From: Promethearchaeia archaeon
GTDB taxonomy: Archaea > Asgardarchaeota > Lokiarchaeia > Sigyniarchaeales > SOKP01
Direction: 5' to 3'
Length of the DNA: 22,848 nt
Assembly (NCBI GenBank): GCA_046497275.1
Contig: JAWOFX010000093.1
Coordinates: 1 to 22,848 of the forward strand
Shown one piece after another: positions 9,042-17,761 of this stretch. The notes beneath the pieces were generated by a model. It did not search any database. It was given only the letters and a program-made list of their open reading frames with translations, and had not been told where the DNA came from. Made by a program: the position numbers and the translations under genes. Numbering within the stretch: the stretch's first letter is position 1; the number at the start of each line of letters is the position of its first letter.

Positions 9042-10634
9042 TTATTCGGATTCTTTTGATCCTTTCGCGTTGATGATTCTATCAACCCGGAGGATTAATC
9101 GAGCTAATTCACTTCCAGATTCAACGATGTGTTTGATAAGAACAGAAGGTTCAACTAAGCCGTGTTCATAATTATTCTGAATTGTATCGGTAATCGTATC
9201 AATACCTACCCATTTATCTTCAGGAGTCTTATGCGCTGCCCTCAGTTCTGTCATACGTTCAATCTCGTCTAATCCTGCATTTCTGATTAAAGTTCTTGGG
9301 ATTTCTTCTAATGCTGTTGCAAAAGCTTGAACTGCGAGTTGTTCTTTTCCGCCGATTTCAGAGGCGTAAGTTCTTAATCTTTTAGCGATTTCCACCCATG
9401 CAGCTCCACCACCGGCAACAACTGTTTTTGTGTCAATTATTTTTGCTAAAACACTAATAACGTCATGTAAAGCTATTTCTGCAGTATTTAAAATCTTCTC
9501 AAGCCCTCCTTTGAGCAAAATTGCGACAGATCTGGGATTTTCGCAACCAGAAAATAGTGTATAATTGTCATCGCCAATTTTCTCAAATTTCACTTTTTTC
9601 GCAAACCCAAGATTCTCTACTTCTAAATCTTTTAAATCATCAATCAAAGTCGCTCCAGTAGCATTTAAAACAGCTTCAATATCCTTATCCCCGAGGCTTT
9701 TTATGGCAGCAATTCCCTCTCTTCCCAGCATAGAACCAAATTTATCTGAAATGCTTTGAGAGTTTACTACCATATTCACATTAAGCTTTTTGAAATATTC
9801 TAAGAATCCTTCTAAAGTTTTCTTCTCTTGGTCTAAAAACTTTTGTATGTCTTCGGGATTTTTTATTTGAATTTGAGAGTCATATTCACCCTTGGCAATT
9901 TCTAATTTCTTTCGAATTACCGCAATTTTGGCGTCATTTATCACATCAGGCATATTAGAACTTACTTTTTCCTTATCAATGTACACACCATCTATTAACT
10001 CGGACTCCTTCAATGATTTTCCAGGTGCTTTAATAATTTTTATATTATCAATCTGATCAAATAAGGATCCGCCATCATTTCTTTCAGCAACACTTCGAAC
10101 GGCTTTTAAAGCTAACTCAGCGAAATATTCTTTCACTGCAGCGATATCCTTAGAATTCATAGAGGTTATTGCTGCACCTAAAAGAACTTTTTCATCTTCA
10201 GGTGATATCTTTTCTGCGATTTCGTTTAAAATCTTAACTGCTCGATCAGATGCTTGTTTATATCCTTGTGTAATTGGCTTTGGATGGATATCTTGCTCGA
10301 TCAACTCTAAAGCATTTTCTAATAATTTCGCACAAAAGATTACGGCAGACGTGGTTCCATCTCCAACTTCTTTGTCAACCGATTTCGCAAGGTTAACCAT
10401 CATGATAGCGGCAACATTCTCGATATCCAATTGATCTAAGATTTCCGCACCATCATTAGTAATGGTGACATCTCCTAATGAGTCAACGATCATCTTATCC
10501 ATACCTTTTGGACCCATAGTGCTTTTCACAGCCTCAGTTATCGCCATCATCGCTCGAATGTTCTGCGTTCGTGCTTCTCTATCTCTCTTCGTTTCAGTTC
10601 CTTCCCTAAGAACTATTATTGGAACATTTGACAT
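9042..10634 (-). CDS. Thermosome subunit (group II chaperonin, CCT/TCP-1 family)
   Basis: 530 aa; GPKGMDKM, TNDG, GDGTTS, helical protrusion (IQIKNPEDIQKFLDQE), LHD, AGGGA, VEP...I motifs. The paralog type cannot be assigned by eye. Confidence 0.95.
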   Translation of the reverse strand: MSNVPIIVLREGTETKRDREARTQNIRAMMAITEAVKSTMGPKGMDKMIVDSLGDVTITNDGAEILDQLDIENVAAIMMVNLAKSVDKEVGDGTTSAVIFCAKLLENALELIEQDIHPKPITQGYKQASDRAVKILNEIAEKISPEDEKVLLGAAITSMNSKDIAAVKEYFAELALKAVRSVAERNDGGSLFDQIDNIKIIKAPGKSLKESELIDGVYIDKEKVSSNMPDVINDAKIAVIRKKLEIAKGEYDSQIQIKNPEDIQKFLDQEKKTLEGFLEYFKKLNVNMVVNSQSISDKFGSMLGREGIAAIKSLGDKDIEAVLNATGATLIDDLKDLEVENLGFAKKVKFEKIGDDNYTLFSGCENPRSVAILLKGGLEKILNTAEIALHDVISVLAKIIDTKTVVAGGGAAWVEIAKRLRTYASEIGGKEQLAVQAFATALEEIPRTLIRNAGLDEIERMTELRAAHKTPEDKWVGIDTITDTIQNNYEHGLVEPSVLIKHIVESGSELARLILRVDRIINAKGSKESE

Positions 10635-10763
10635 ATTGTATCACTTTTTTGATATTTAGTTATATTAATTAGTATTGAATAATAATTTTGGATTTTTAAA
10701 AAAATTTTTGATATGGAGATCATTTTTAAATAAATAATTTTAAGAATTGTGGAAAAAATTACT

Positions 10764-11291
10764 TCATTGCTCATTAATATAAATTCTTGGATAATAAATG
10801 ATATCTGGATTATTATTGAAATCTCGTTGCGAAACAAATTGAAATTTTCCAAGATCAGCATTCTTTTGTAAAGCAATTTGAGATGCACAATACCAATTAT
10901 AATATTCATTTGGGGGCGTGAATATTAGAATTGTCTTATTTGGTCTTTTATTTTTCATATCCTTTCCGAGTGATTTTGCGAGTGCCATATCTTTTGCGAC
11001 CTGGCCTGTAAGAATTATGTTCGAATAAAGATCCTCTTGTATTTCCTCATCGCAATACTCAATAGTCGATATAATTAATTTAGAAAGTGAGGATGGCATA
11101 ACTTTTCTATTTAATCTATTTGGTTCAATTAAAATATTGATATCTTTAAATTTTTGTACTTCCCTTCCTGCGAGTAATTCTGACATAACTGCGTGTGACA
11201 ACTTATATCCCATATAATATGGTACGAATCGAGTGGATTTATAACCAATATCCACTACAATTCCCGCATTTTTGTTTGAGTTTAACAACAC
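10764..11291 (-). CDS. Actin-related protein, C-terminal part (frame actually open up to nt 11348)
   Basis: [26 protein letters not shown]..LAGRE matches actin [48 protein letters not shown] matches CDIDIRKDLYANNVMSG. IFTPP..W matches IIAPPE..VW. Confidence 0.85.
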   Translation of the reverse strand: [175 protein letters not shown]

Positions 11292-11311
11292 CGATTTCGT
11301 TGCTTCTATGA

Positions 11312-11701
11312 TTACAACAGCTTTGAAGTTAAATTTATGAAAAAAAAACTATATAAACGTTTAATCTGCGGTTTGGGTTGTAACACCCCGTTTAAAAGGA
11401 TAAGTGAATAATTCTTGAGAACATTAAGAAGGATGGATAATTTATCCTCAAAAAGAATACTGAAAAAAGAAAACATATCTTCCCATCTTATACTCATAAT
11501 ATCCCATTTATATTCTATCATTGGTTTAGGGCTATAGAGTTCGTTTAGAGCCTCTCTACAAATAAAAATACGACTCTTATCATTAGATTTTCCGATAAGT
11601 GATCTCGCCGAAATTTTGGGCTTTTCTTTACTCGCTCGCCCCGCTTTAATATTATAGCTTCCTAAATCAATGATAAGAATATTATTAGTCGGGTTATTCA
11701 A
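11312..11701 (-). CDS. Actin-related protein, N-terminal part (frameshifts near 11340-11348)
   Basis: TTG start; IIDLGSYNIKAG matches actin phosphate-1 loop VCDNGSGLVKAG; RWEDM matches NWDDM. Similarity ends at YSFFF and the last 8 residues are out of frame. Confidence 0.85.
   Translation of the reverse strand: MNNPTNNILIIDLGSYNIKAGRASKEKPKISARSLIGKSNDKSRIFICREALNELYSPKPMIEYKWDIMSIRWEDMFSFFSILFEDKLSILLNVLKNYSLILLNGVLQPKPQIKRLYSFFFINLTSKLL
11340..11348 (-). other. T9 homopolymer at the -1 frameshift junction of the actin-related gene
   Basis: Minus strand TAT AGT TTT TTT TTC ATA. Adding one T gives [36 protein letters not shown], collinear with actin [35 protein letters not shown]. Confidence 0.8.
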
Positions 11702-11935
11702 TTTAGGTGAGAATGAAATTTGTGATTTTATACTAGTTTCATATTAATATATTATGATTATATTAGTGAATTTTATTTTTTTTAAAGTTAATTCTCTTAA
11801 TTATTATTAATTTTTAAGAGAACATTATCAATGAAGAGATAAAGAAATTGAATGGAAAGATTTAATTTTTCAATTGAAGCGAGATTTAGGAATTTAATAA
11901 TATTTTCTTCTTTTTAGCTATAGCGTAAATATTAG

Positions 11936-12421
11936 TTAGGTATCTTCTTTAAGACTATCTTTATTTAAAATTATATCACTTTCGTTCTTAAATTCTTTCA
12001 ATACCATATTTGAGACTGTTCTTGTGACGCTTTCCTTCTCATTTAATTCCCGTATAAAATCATGGACATCATCAGATTCTCTGAACCGACATATGAGTGC
12101 AGCAGATTGTTCGCCAGTAGTATGGAAGATTGAACACACTTCTGGTCGATCCCTAATTTCATTTAATATTTCTTCAGTATGCTTACCATTTATTTGCATA
12201 CGTATCAGGAAGGTAAGCTTATAGCCCAATTTAGTGTTATTCAGTCGAATCGTGTAACCTTCTATAATTTTATTGTCTTTTAATTTGGCAATTCTATTAT
12301 GGATGGTTCCAATTGATATTCCTAATTTATCTTGGATTTCTCTGTAAGATGTTCGAGCATTTTCCTGTAATATTCGAATGATGTTACGATCGATTCTATC
12401 AATATCTTCTTTTGTCATCAA
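11936..12421 (-). CDS. Lrp/AsnC family transcriptional regulator
   Basis: IDRIDRNIIRILQENARTSYREIQDKLGISIGTIHNRIAKLKDNKIIEGY HTH, plus RAM domain (HTTGE). The real start is probably ATG 12418. Confidence 0.95.
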   Translation of the reverse strand: MMTKEDIDRIDRNIIRILQENARTSYREIQDKLGISIGTIHNRIAKLKDNKIIEGYTIRLNNTKLGYKLTFLIRMQINGKHTEEILNEIRDRPEVCSIFHTTGEQSAALICRFRESDDVHDFIRELNEKESVTRTVSNMVLKEFKNESDIILNKDSLKEDT

Positions 12422-12668
12422 TAGTCACAAATTGAAATAAGTCAGATTATTATAACAATAATATTTAGGTTGAACGATATTTAAATTTTTTTTATCTCAA
12501 CTAAAAAAATTTAAAAACTATTCATTTTTTGGGTTTGAATTCGAATAAATAGTATTCAAAAGGAAATAATAAATTTAATTTATTTAATTGATATTGGTCG
12601 AGTAATGAAAATAATGAAAATTTTGGAGACCCTTAAGATAAATTAAAAGAGATTATTACATAATAATA

Positions 12669-13337
12669 ATGACGGTAATGAATCATTTTATCAACAAATC
12701 GATCAGTGAAAATATAGGATTTACTGTTAGTGGTGTTGGGTTTTTTTTAGACAATATAAATATTGAGGAAGAGTCTAAAGAAAAGATACGAAAGATCTTG
12801 GAGGAGACAAAGAGATTACCCGCAGCATTAAGAGGGTATCATGGGGGGTATATCGGGGGACTATATGATCATAGTCTATTAGTCACAAATTTTGCATATC
12901 AGATTTGGAACCTCCCGAGTTTTCTTGAAGGATTTTTACCGTTTCTAAGAAATCAAGGTGTGAAAATATCGAGCGGATATCATAAAATGAACTTATCTAA
13001 GATACTCCAGACAGCACTTAGTCATGATTTCGGGAAAATTCCGTATTATGGATATAAAAGAAATTTACAAAACCGTAGGATCAACACCACACGCAGTTTA
13101 GTTGAAACTGTTTCTTCAGAGATTAAAGAAAAGTTTGACCTTTATGGCAAAGATTCTCATGTAGATCAGTGTATTGCTGTGCTGAAAAAGTACCATCTCC
13201 CATTTGATGACGAGATATCTCTGGGGATCATATTTCATCATGGTAGATGGGCGAAATATCGTCCCTTTCGATCAAATAAATTAAGTGAATTAATTCACAT
13301 CGCAGATATGATAGCAAGTCATTATTATAAGATTTGA
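12669..13337 (+). CDS. HD-domain phosphohydrolase (YhaM/TraI_2-like HD module, no OB fold)
   Basis: PAA..YHGGYIGGLYDHSL, ALSHDFGKI, IIFHHG and HIAD give the complete H...HD...HH...D set. Confidence 0.85.
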   Translation: MTVMNHFINKSISENIGFTVSGVGFFLDNINIEEESKEKIRKILEETKRLPAALRGYHGGYIGGLYDHSLLVTNFAYQIWNLPSFLEGFLPFLRNQGVKISSGYHKMNLSKILQTALSHDFGKIPYYGYKRNLQNRRINTTRSLVETVSSEIKEKFDLYGKDSHVDQCIAVLKKYHLPFDDEISLGIIFHHGRWAKYRPFRSNKLSELIHIADMIASHYYKI

Positions 13338-13388
13338 AGTTCTATTTTTATAAAAAGATTTTTTCTACAAACATAAGAGGGTGAAAAA

Positions 13389-14267
13389 TTGCCATCAATG
13401 ATTACTTCCTTAATTAAGAACCTACAGGATGAATATGGAGATGAGATTATCGCCATTTATGGAGTCGGCAGCTATTTTGATGAATCTCTTCCCAGTGATT
13501 GGATTAAAAATGATATTGATTTAATAGTGATTGTAAATTCCTTAGAATCGATCTCTAAAAAGGATTGGACTTCAGTAAGATATGAAAAGAAAAGTATGGG
13601 AAAATTCGAAATATGGATTGGATTTAACACTCTACTAGGTTTACTCAATAAAGATAAGTTTAACAGGGAATCGTTTTCAAATTATGAATGGAGCATTTTA
13701 GATTTAAAGTATCCCTCTAATTCACTTTTTTTGTACGGACAAGATATCCGCGATCAATTACCAGATTATTCTGAAATGATTTACGATTTTGGTGATATCT
13801 TACGTAGAAGTCTATATAACTTGGATCGTAGTTATAAAGCAGAATATAAAGATAATAATCTCGAGCAAAGTAAACAATTATTCACTAAAGCGGTTTTTAA
13901 ATTCGGCTTTTATCTATGTCTATATTTTAATGAGGAATTCAGCACTTCAACTATTCGATCTATCACAGAACAAATAAGTACGTTTGTTAAAGAGGGAATC
14001 ATTGAAAATAATATGCTTATGTTCTTAGAGAGATGTATTAAATATCGCCGAACACATCACACCCAAAAAGACTTTCATATCCTAAGAACCAAATTTACTG
14101 AATATGTTTTCTCATTATTGGGAAAAGGTAAACTTCACAAAAAAATGAATTATGAAGATCTAATGTTATTTTTGGAAAATACTTTTGCAGGGCTTGAATT
14201 TCTTGTTCATATCTTAAAAAAAGCCGCAGAAAAGCCTAAAATGAATATTAAATCAAATGGAGAGTAA
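13389..14267 (+). CDS. Pol-beta superfamily nucleotidyltransferase with C-terminal helical domain
   Basis: IIAIYGVGSYF (hG[GS]) and NDIDLIVIV (DxD), then an all-helical C-terminal half. TTG start with GAGGGTGA SD-like site at 13377-13384. Confidence 0.75.
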   Translation: MPSMITSLIKNLQDEYGDEIIAIYGVGSYFDESLPSDWIKNDIDLIVIVNSLESISKKDWTSVRYEKKSMGKFEIWIGFNTLLGLLNKDKFNRESFSNYEWSILDLKYPSNSLFLYGQDIRDQLPDYSEMIYDFGDILRRSLYNLDRSYKAEYKDNNLEQSKQLFTKAVFKFGFYLCLYFNEEFSTSTIRSITEQISTFVKEGIIENNMLMFLERCIKYRRTHHTQKDFHILRTKFTEYVFSLLGKGKLHKKMNYEDLMLFLENTFAGLEFLVHILKKAAEKPKMNIKSNGE

Positions 14268-14293
14268 AAAAATCTATATAAAAATGGAATTAA

Positions 14294-14692
14294 TTAATCT
14301 TTTTCTTCAAAATTTAACGAAATAGAATTAATACAATATCTTTTCCCTGTTGGCCTCGGACCATCGTCAAATACGTGACCAAGATGCCCTTGACATTTAC
14401 TACATAACACTTCAGTTCGATGCATACCGTGAGATGAATCCTCCTTTTTCTCTACATTTTCATCATTTATTGGCTCATAAAAGCTGGGCCACCCAGTGCC
14501 AGAGTGGAATTTGGTTTCGGAACTAAATAATGGATTACCGCAAGCCGCACATCTATAAACTCCTTTCTTTTTATTGTCAACATATTTTCCCGTGAAAGGT
14601 CTTTCAGTTCCTTTCTCACGTAGTACATAGTATTGATCTTCAGATAATTCCTCTCGCCATTCTTTATCAGTTTTTTCAATTTTTGGTTCCAT
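14294..14692 (-). CDS. msrB: Peptide-methionine (R)-S-oxide reductase
   Basis: [16 protein letters not shown] zinc ligands, [21 protein letters not shown]. Confidence 0.97.
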   Translation of the reverse strand: MEPKIEKTDKEWREELSEDQYYVLREKGTERPFTGKYVDNKKKGVYRCAACGNPLFSSETKFHSGTGWPSFYEPINDENVEKKEDSSHGMHRTEVLCSKCQGHLGHVFDDGPRPTGKRYCINSISLNFEEKD

Positions 14693-14854
14693 AGTAATTA
14701 TTTAATGTCAAAAGAATGAAATATATGTTTGTATGATGAAAACTTAGCTAAGAAGGTTCTTTGAAAACATTTCATAAATAAATTTAACAATATATCAATA
14801 AAATATAAATCAAGTTGATTCTTTCAAATAAAAATTAGAATTAAGATTTGAAGA

Positions 14855-15283
14855 TTATTGATTGGTCCCGTAAACTTCTTCGGGATTGAACATCTTTTTA
14901 CCAATCAATTTCATTTTTCCGTCAATATATTCATTATAAAAACATGTATTATATCCTTTATGGCAAGGTGCACCTATCTGGTGTACTTTTAACAAGATTG
15001 AATCATTATCGCAGTCAATTATAACATTTTTGACCTCTTGGATGTGTCCGCTTGTCTCACCCTTTTTCCAAAGCGTTTTTCGCGACCGGGAGTAGTAATG
15101 TGCGTATCCTGTTTCCAAAGTTTTTCTCACAGCTTCTTCATTTGAAAATGCCAGCATTAAAATTTTATCCGTTTTGTAATCTTGGGCGACAACAGGTACT
15201 AATCCTCCCTCTATCTTTGAAAAATCTAATATTTTAATAAAAGTATCAATATCTTTGTCACTAAATTTTTCCATAATTATCAA
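14855..15283 (-). CDS. hisI: Phosphoribosyl-AMP cyclohydrolase
   Basis: GLVPVVAQD, YYSRSRKTLWKKGETSGH, DCDNDS, ACH-like PCHKGYNTCF. The real start is probably ATG 15274. Confidence 0.95.
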   Translation of the reverse strand: MIIMEKFSDKDIDTFIKILDFSKIEGGLVPVVAQDYKTDKILMLAFSNEEAVRKTLETGYAHYYSRSRKTLWKKGETSGHIQEVKNVIIDCDNDSILLKVHQIGAPCHKGYNTCFYNEYIDGKMKLIGKKMFNPEEVYGTNQ

Positions 15284-15319
15284 AATTTTTTACTTTCTAT
15301 ATATTTTTGTTATTATATT

Positions 15320-16453
15320 ATGGGAAATGAAGATAAACTATTCGTGGATCCATGGAGCTCAAGTAATATTTTAGAAGAAGATTACCTCCGATTAATAGAA
15401 GAGTTTGGTATTGAAACTTTAACTGATTTAATGCGAGAAAGATTTCGAGATAACAAATTTTTAAGAAGAAAGGTAATTTTTGGACACCGAGATCTAGGTC
15501 TAATCTATAAAGCAATGGAACAAAAAAAAGAATGGGCTGTAATGTCAGGAATAAAACCATCAGGTCCATTTCATTTAGGAACAATGACAACTGCTCTGGA
15601 AATCATTGAATTCCAGAAAATGGGTGCAAATGCATACTATGCTATCGCAGATATAGAGAGTTGGGAGGATAATGGGATTTCCTATCAGGAAGCTGAAGAG
15701 AGTGCAATCGATAATGTTGCTGATTTATTAGCATTGGGATTAGATCCAGATAATACATATTTTTGGCGACAATCAAAAGAAGAGATTGTGAAAGATGTAT
15801 GTTTTAAGGTAAGCCGACTTGTAACTCAAAATATGTTAAATGCAATATATGGAGAAAAAACATTCGGATTATATTTGTCAGCATTAATTCAAGTTGGAGA
15901 TATCCTCTTGCCACAAGTCAAAAATGGAGCTCAGCCAACAATTGTACCCGTAGGAATTGATCAAGATCCGCATATAAGACTAACTAGGGATTTAACTAGA
16001 AGATACTACAAAGAGAAAAAAGTTGATGGTAAGATCGTACAAGAGGAATTTTTCTTGCCAGGAGCGACATATCATAAGTTACTACCTGGCTTAGACGGTT
16101 CCGATAAAATGTCTAAACGAAACCCAAATAGTTATTTTACTTTTAATGAACCTCTTGAATCTATTGAGAAGAAGATTAGAGGTGCTTTAACTGGGGGTAG
16201 AGAAAATAAAAAAATGCAACAAGAACTTGGTGGTGAGCCCCAAAAATGTATGATATATAAGATTCTGATGTATCTTTTCGAGGAAGATGATGAAGTTCTT
16301 GCTCAAGAGTTTGAACAATGTGTAAAAGGAGAACTACTATGTGGCGAGCATAAGCAAACTTGTGTTGAACGGGTTATAAAATTCATCAAAGACCATCGTA
16401 AGAAAAAAGAAAAAAAAATAGATCAAGCCAGAAAAATTCTTGATTTAGAATAA
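15320..16453 (+). CDS. trpS: Tryptophan--tRNA ligase (archaeal type)
   Basis: VDPW, HIGH-like PFHLG, VPVGIDQDPH, KMSK, ALTGG, CGEHK. Confidence 0.95.
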   Translation: MGNEDKLFVDPWSSSNILEEDYLRLIEEFGIETLTDLMRERFRDNKFLRRKVIFGHRDLGLIYKAMEQKKEWAVMSGIKPSGPFHLGTMTTALEIIEFQKMGANAYYAIADIESWEDNGISYQEAEESAIDNVADLLALGLDPDNTYFWRQSKEEIVKDVCFKVSRLVTQNMLNAIYGEKTFGLYLSALIQVGDILLPQVKNGAQPTIVPVGIDQDPHIRLTRDLTRRYYKEKKVDGKIVQEEFFLPGATYHKLLPGLDGSDKMSKRNPNSYFTFNEPLESIEKKIRGALTGGRENKKMQQELGGEPQKCMIYKILMYLFEEDDEVLAQEFEQCVKGELLCGEHKQTCVERVIKFIKDHRKKKEKKIDQARKILDLE

Positions 16454-16504
16454 CTTTAATTTCCTTAGCTAAAATGAGAAAGAAATATGTTTGTGGATCT
16501 TATT

Positions 16505-17467
16505 TTAAAATTTTTTCATATTAAAAGATTTTATTAGTAAAGCGGTTAAGATTTCTTTTATTTCTGAAAGAAATTCTGGAAAGTGAGATAAAAATAGGTC
16601 TTTATGCTTTTCTTGTAAAAGAGCCGAGATGTAAAAACTCTCACTCCCAATATCCATACCATGCAAATAAGATACTAGCTGGTTTTCAATCGTAAGAAAA
16701 TTTCTATTATGTTCATAATTTTCTTCTTTTATTCTTTTTAATAGAAAAAGATGTTCCTTGATAGCTTCTATTAGATATATATAAATTCCAGGATCAATCT
16801 CTTCACTATAAAATTCGCTTATTATTATTCCATTTTTATCAAATAACACCAGAGAAGTACAATGAAACTCGGCAATTGATTTTTCCATAAGAAGAGAGAG
16901 TTCGAAAAATTTTTCATCGAATACTGAAAGCCCATAGGATATTAATTGGACAATTGAGATTACATCATATATCGAGGTTTGTTGAAATAAAATATTGAAT
17001 GTAGAATATTGTTCTTTTATTTTCTCTCGTAAATAAGTAATATCTTCATTAATTTCCTCATAAGAACGAACTTCAGGATCATATTTATGAAATGTTATTA
17101 TGATCGGGATATTTATTCGATTTTGGATAAAATATTGCATTATGGATTCAAAATAATTTAATGACTCCTCAAACCTCTCTTGATCTTGGATGTCTATAAT
17201 ATACAAAAATAGGTCAGTCCCAGCAAAATATATATCTGTTTTTGAGAGATATGTTTCCCTGTATTTTTCTTGACCGCCCATATCCCAGAAAATTACTTTC
17301 CGCCCGAGGAAATCTGTCCTCTGATATTCTACTCTAATAGTAGGTTTAAGCTCTAATATTTCATCCCTAAAATCGTATTTTAAAGACATTGCCCTTAAAA
17401 TGCTCGTCTTACCAGCATTTTCCAACCCACTAACAATTACTTTTATTGCATCTTCCAAATATATCAC
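16505..17467 (-). CDS. Rag/Gtr1-family small GTPase with C-terminal roadblock-like domain
   Basis: G1 GLENAGKTS, G2 PTIRVE, G3 WDMGGQ, G4 HKYD, G5 TSIYD (RagA has WDCGGQ, HKMD, TSIWD). C-terminal SLVLFDKNGIIIS is roadblock/longin-like. Confidence 0.85.
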   Translation of the reverse strand: MIYLEDAIKVIVSGLENAGKTSILRAMSLKYDFRDEILELKPTIRVEYQRTDFLGRKVIFWDMGGQEKYRETYLSKTDIYFAGTDLFLYIIDIQDQERFEESLNYFESIMQYFIQNRINIPIIITFHKYDPEVRSYEEINEDITYLREKIKEQYSTFNILFQQTSIYDVISIVQLISYGLSVFDEKFFELSLLMEKSIAEFHCTSLVLFDKNGIIISEFYSEEIDPGIYIYLIEAIKEHLFLLKRIKEENYEHNRNFLTIENQLVSYLHGMDIGSESFYISALLQEKHKDLFLSHFPEFLSEIKEILTALLIKSFNMKKF

Positions 17468-17761
17468 ATCCTATAGGGTTTTTTCATTAAAACTTAGATA
17501 CATAGTAAAATATTTTAGTTAAAAATTTGTGGATAAAGATAATTTAATATTTGTTAATGTTGTTTAAAATTGTTATATTTTTGATGGTATCCAAATTTTG
17601 CAAAAATCATAATTATTTCTAGAACTCTTATATAAATCGAATTCTGCGGAGATGTATGCGGATTTGATATTATTTCGATAACACAACCATGTTATTCATT
17701 TTTTTAATTGAAATCTTCTCTTTTTTTATTAAAAAATTAGATTATCAAAATAATAGGAAAA

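Noticed and set aside
14294-14692. MsrB as a possible selenoprotein
   Set aside because: The catalytic RYCINS residue is an ordinary Cys codon and the ORF has no in-frame TGA.
3692-15590. Short ORFs overlapping real genes (3692-3886, 4057-4263, 4704-4970, 6004-6270, 8359-8595, 9565-9759, 10462-10659, 10616-10909, 12024-12224, 13789-13977, 14467-14679, 15052-15237, 15318-15590)
   Set aside because: Antisense or alternate-frame shadows of well-supported CDSs, with no recognisable motifs.
17580-17720. Slightly GC-richer intergenic patch after a TATA-like motif (possible sRNA or micro-ORF)
   Set aside because: No convincing ORF, C/D boxes or stable stem could be identified by eye.
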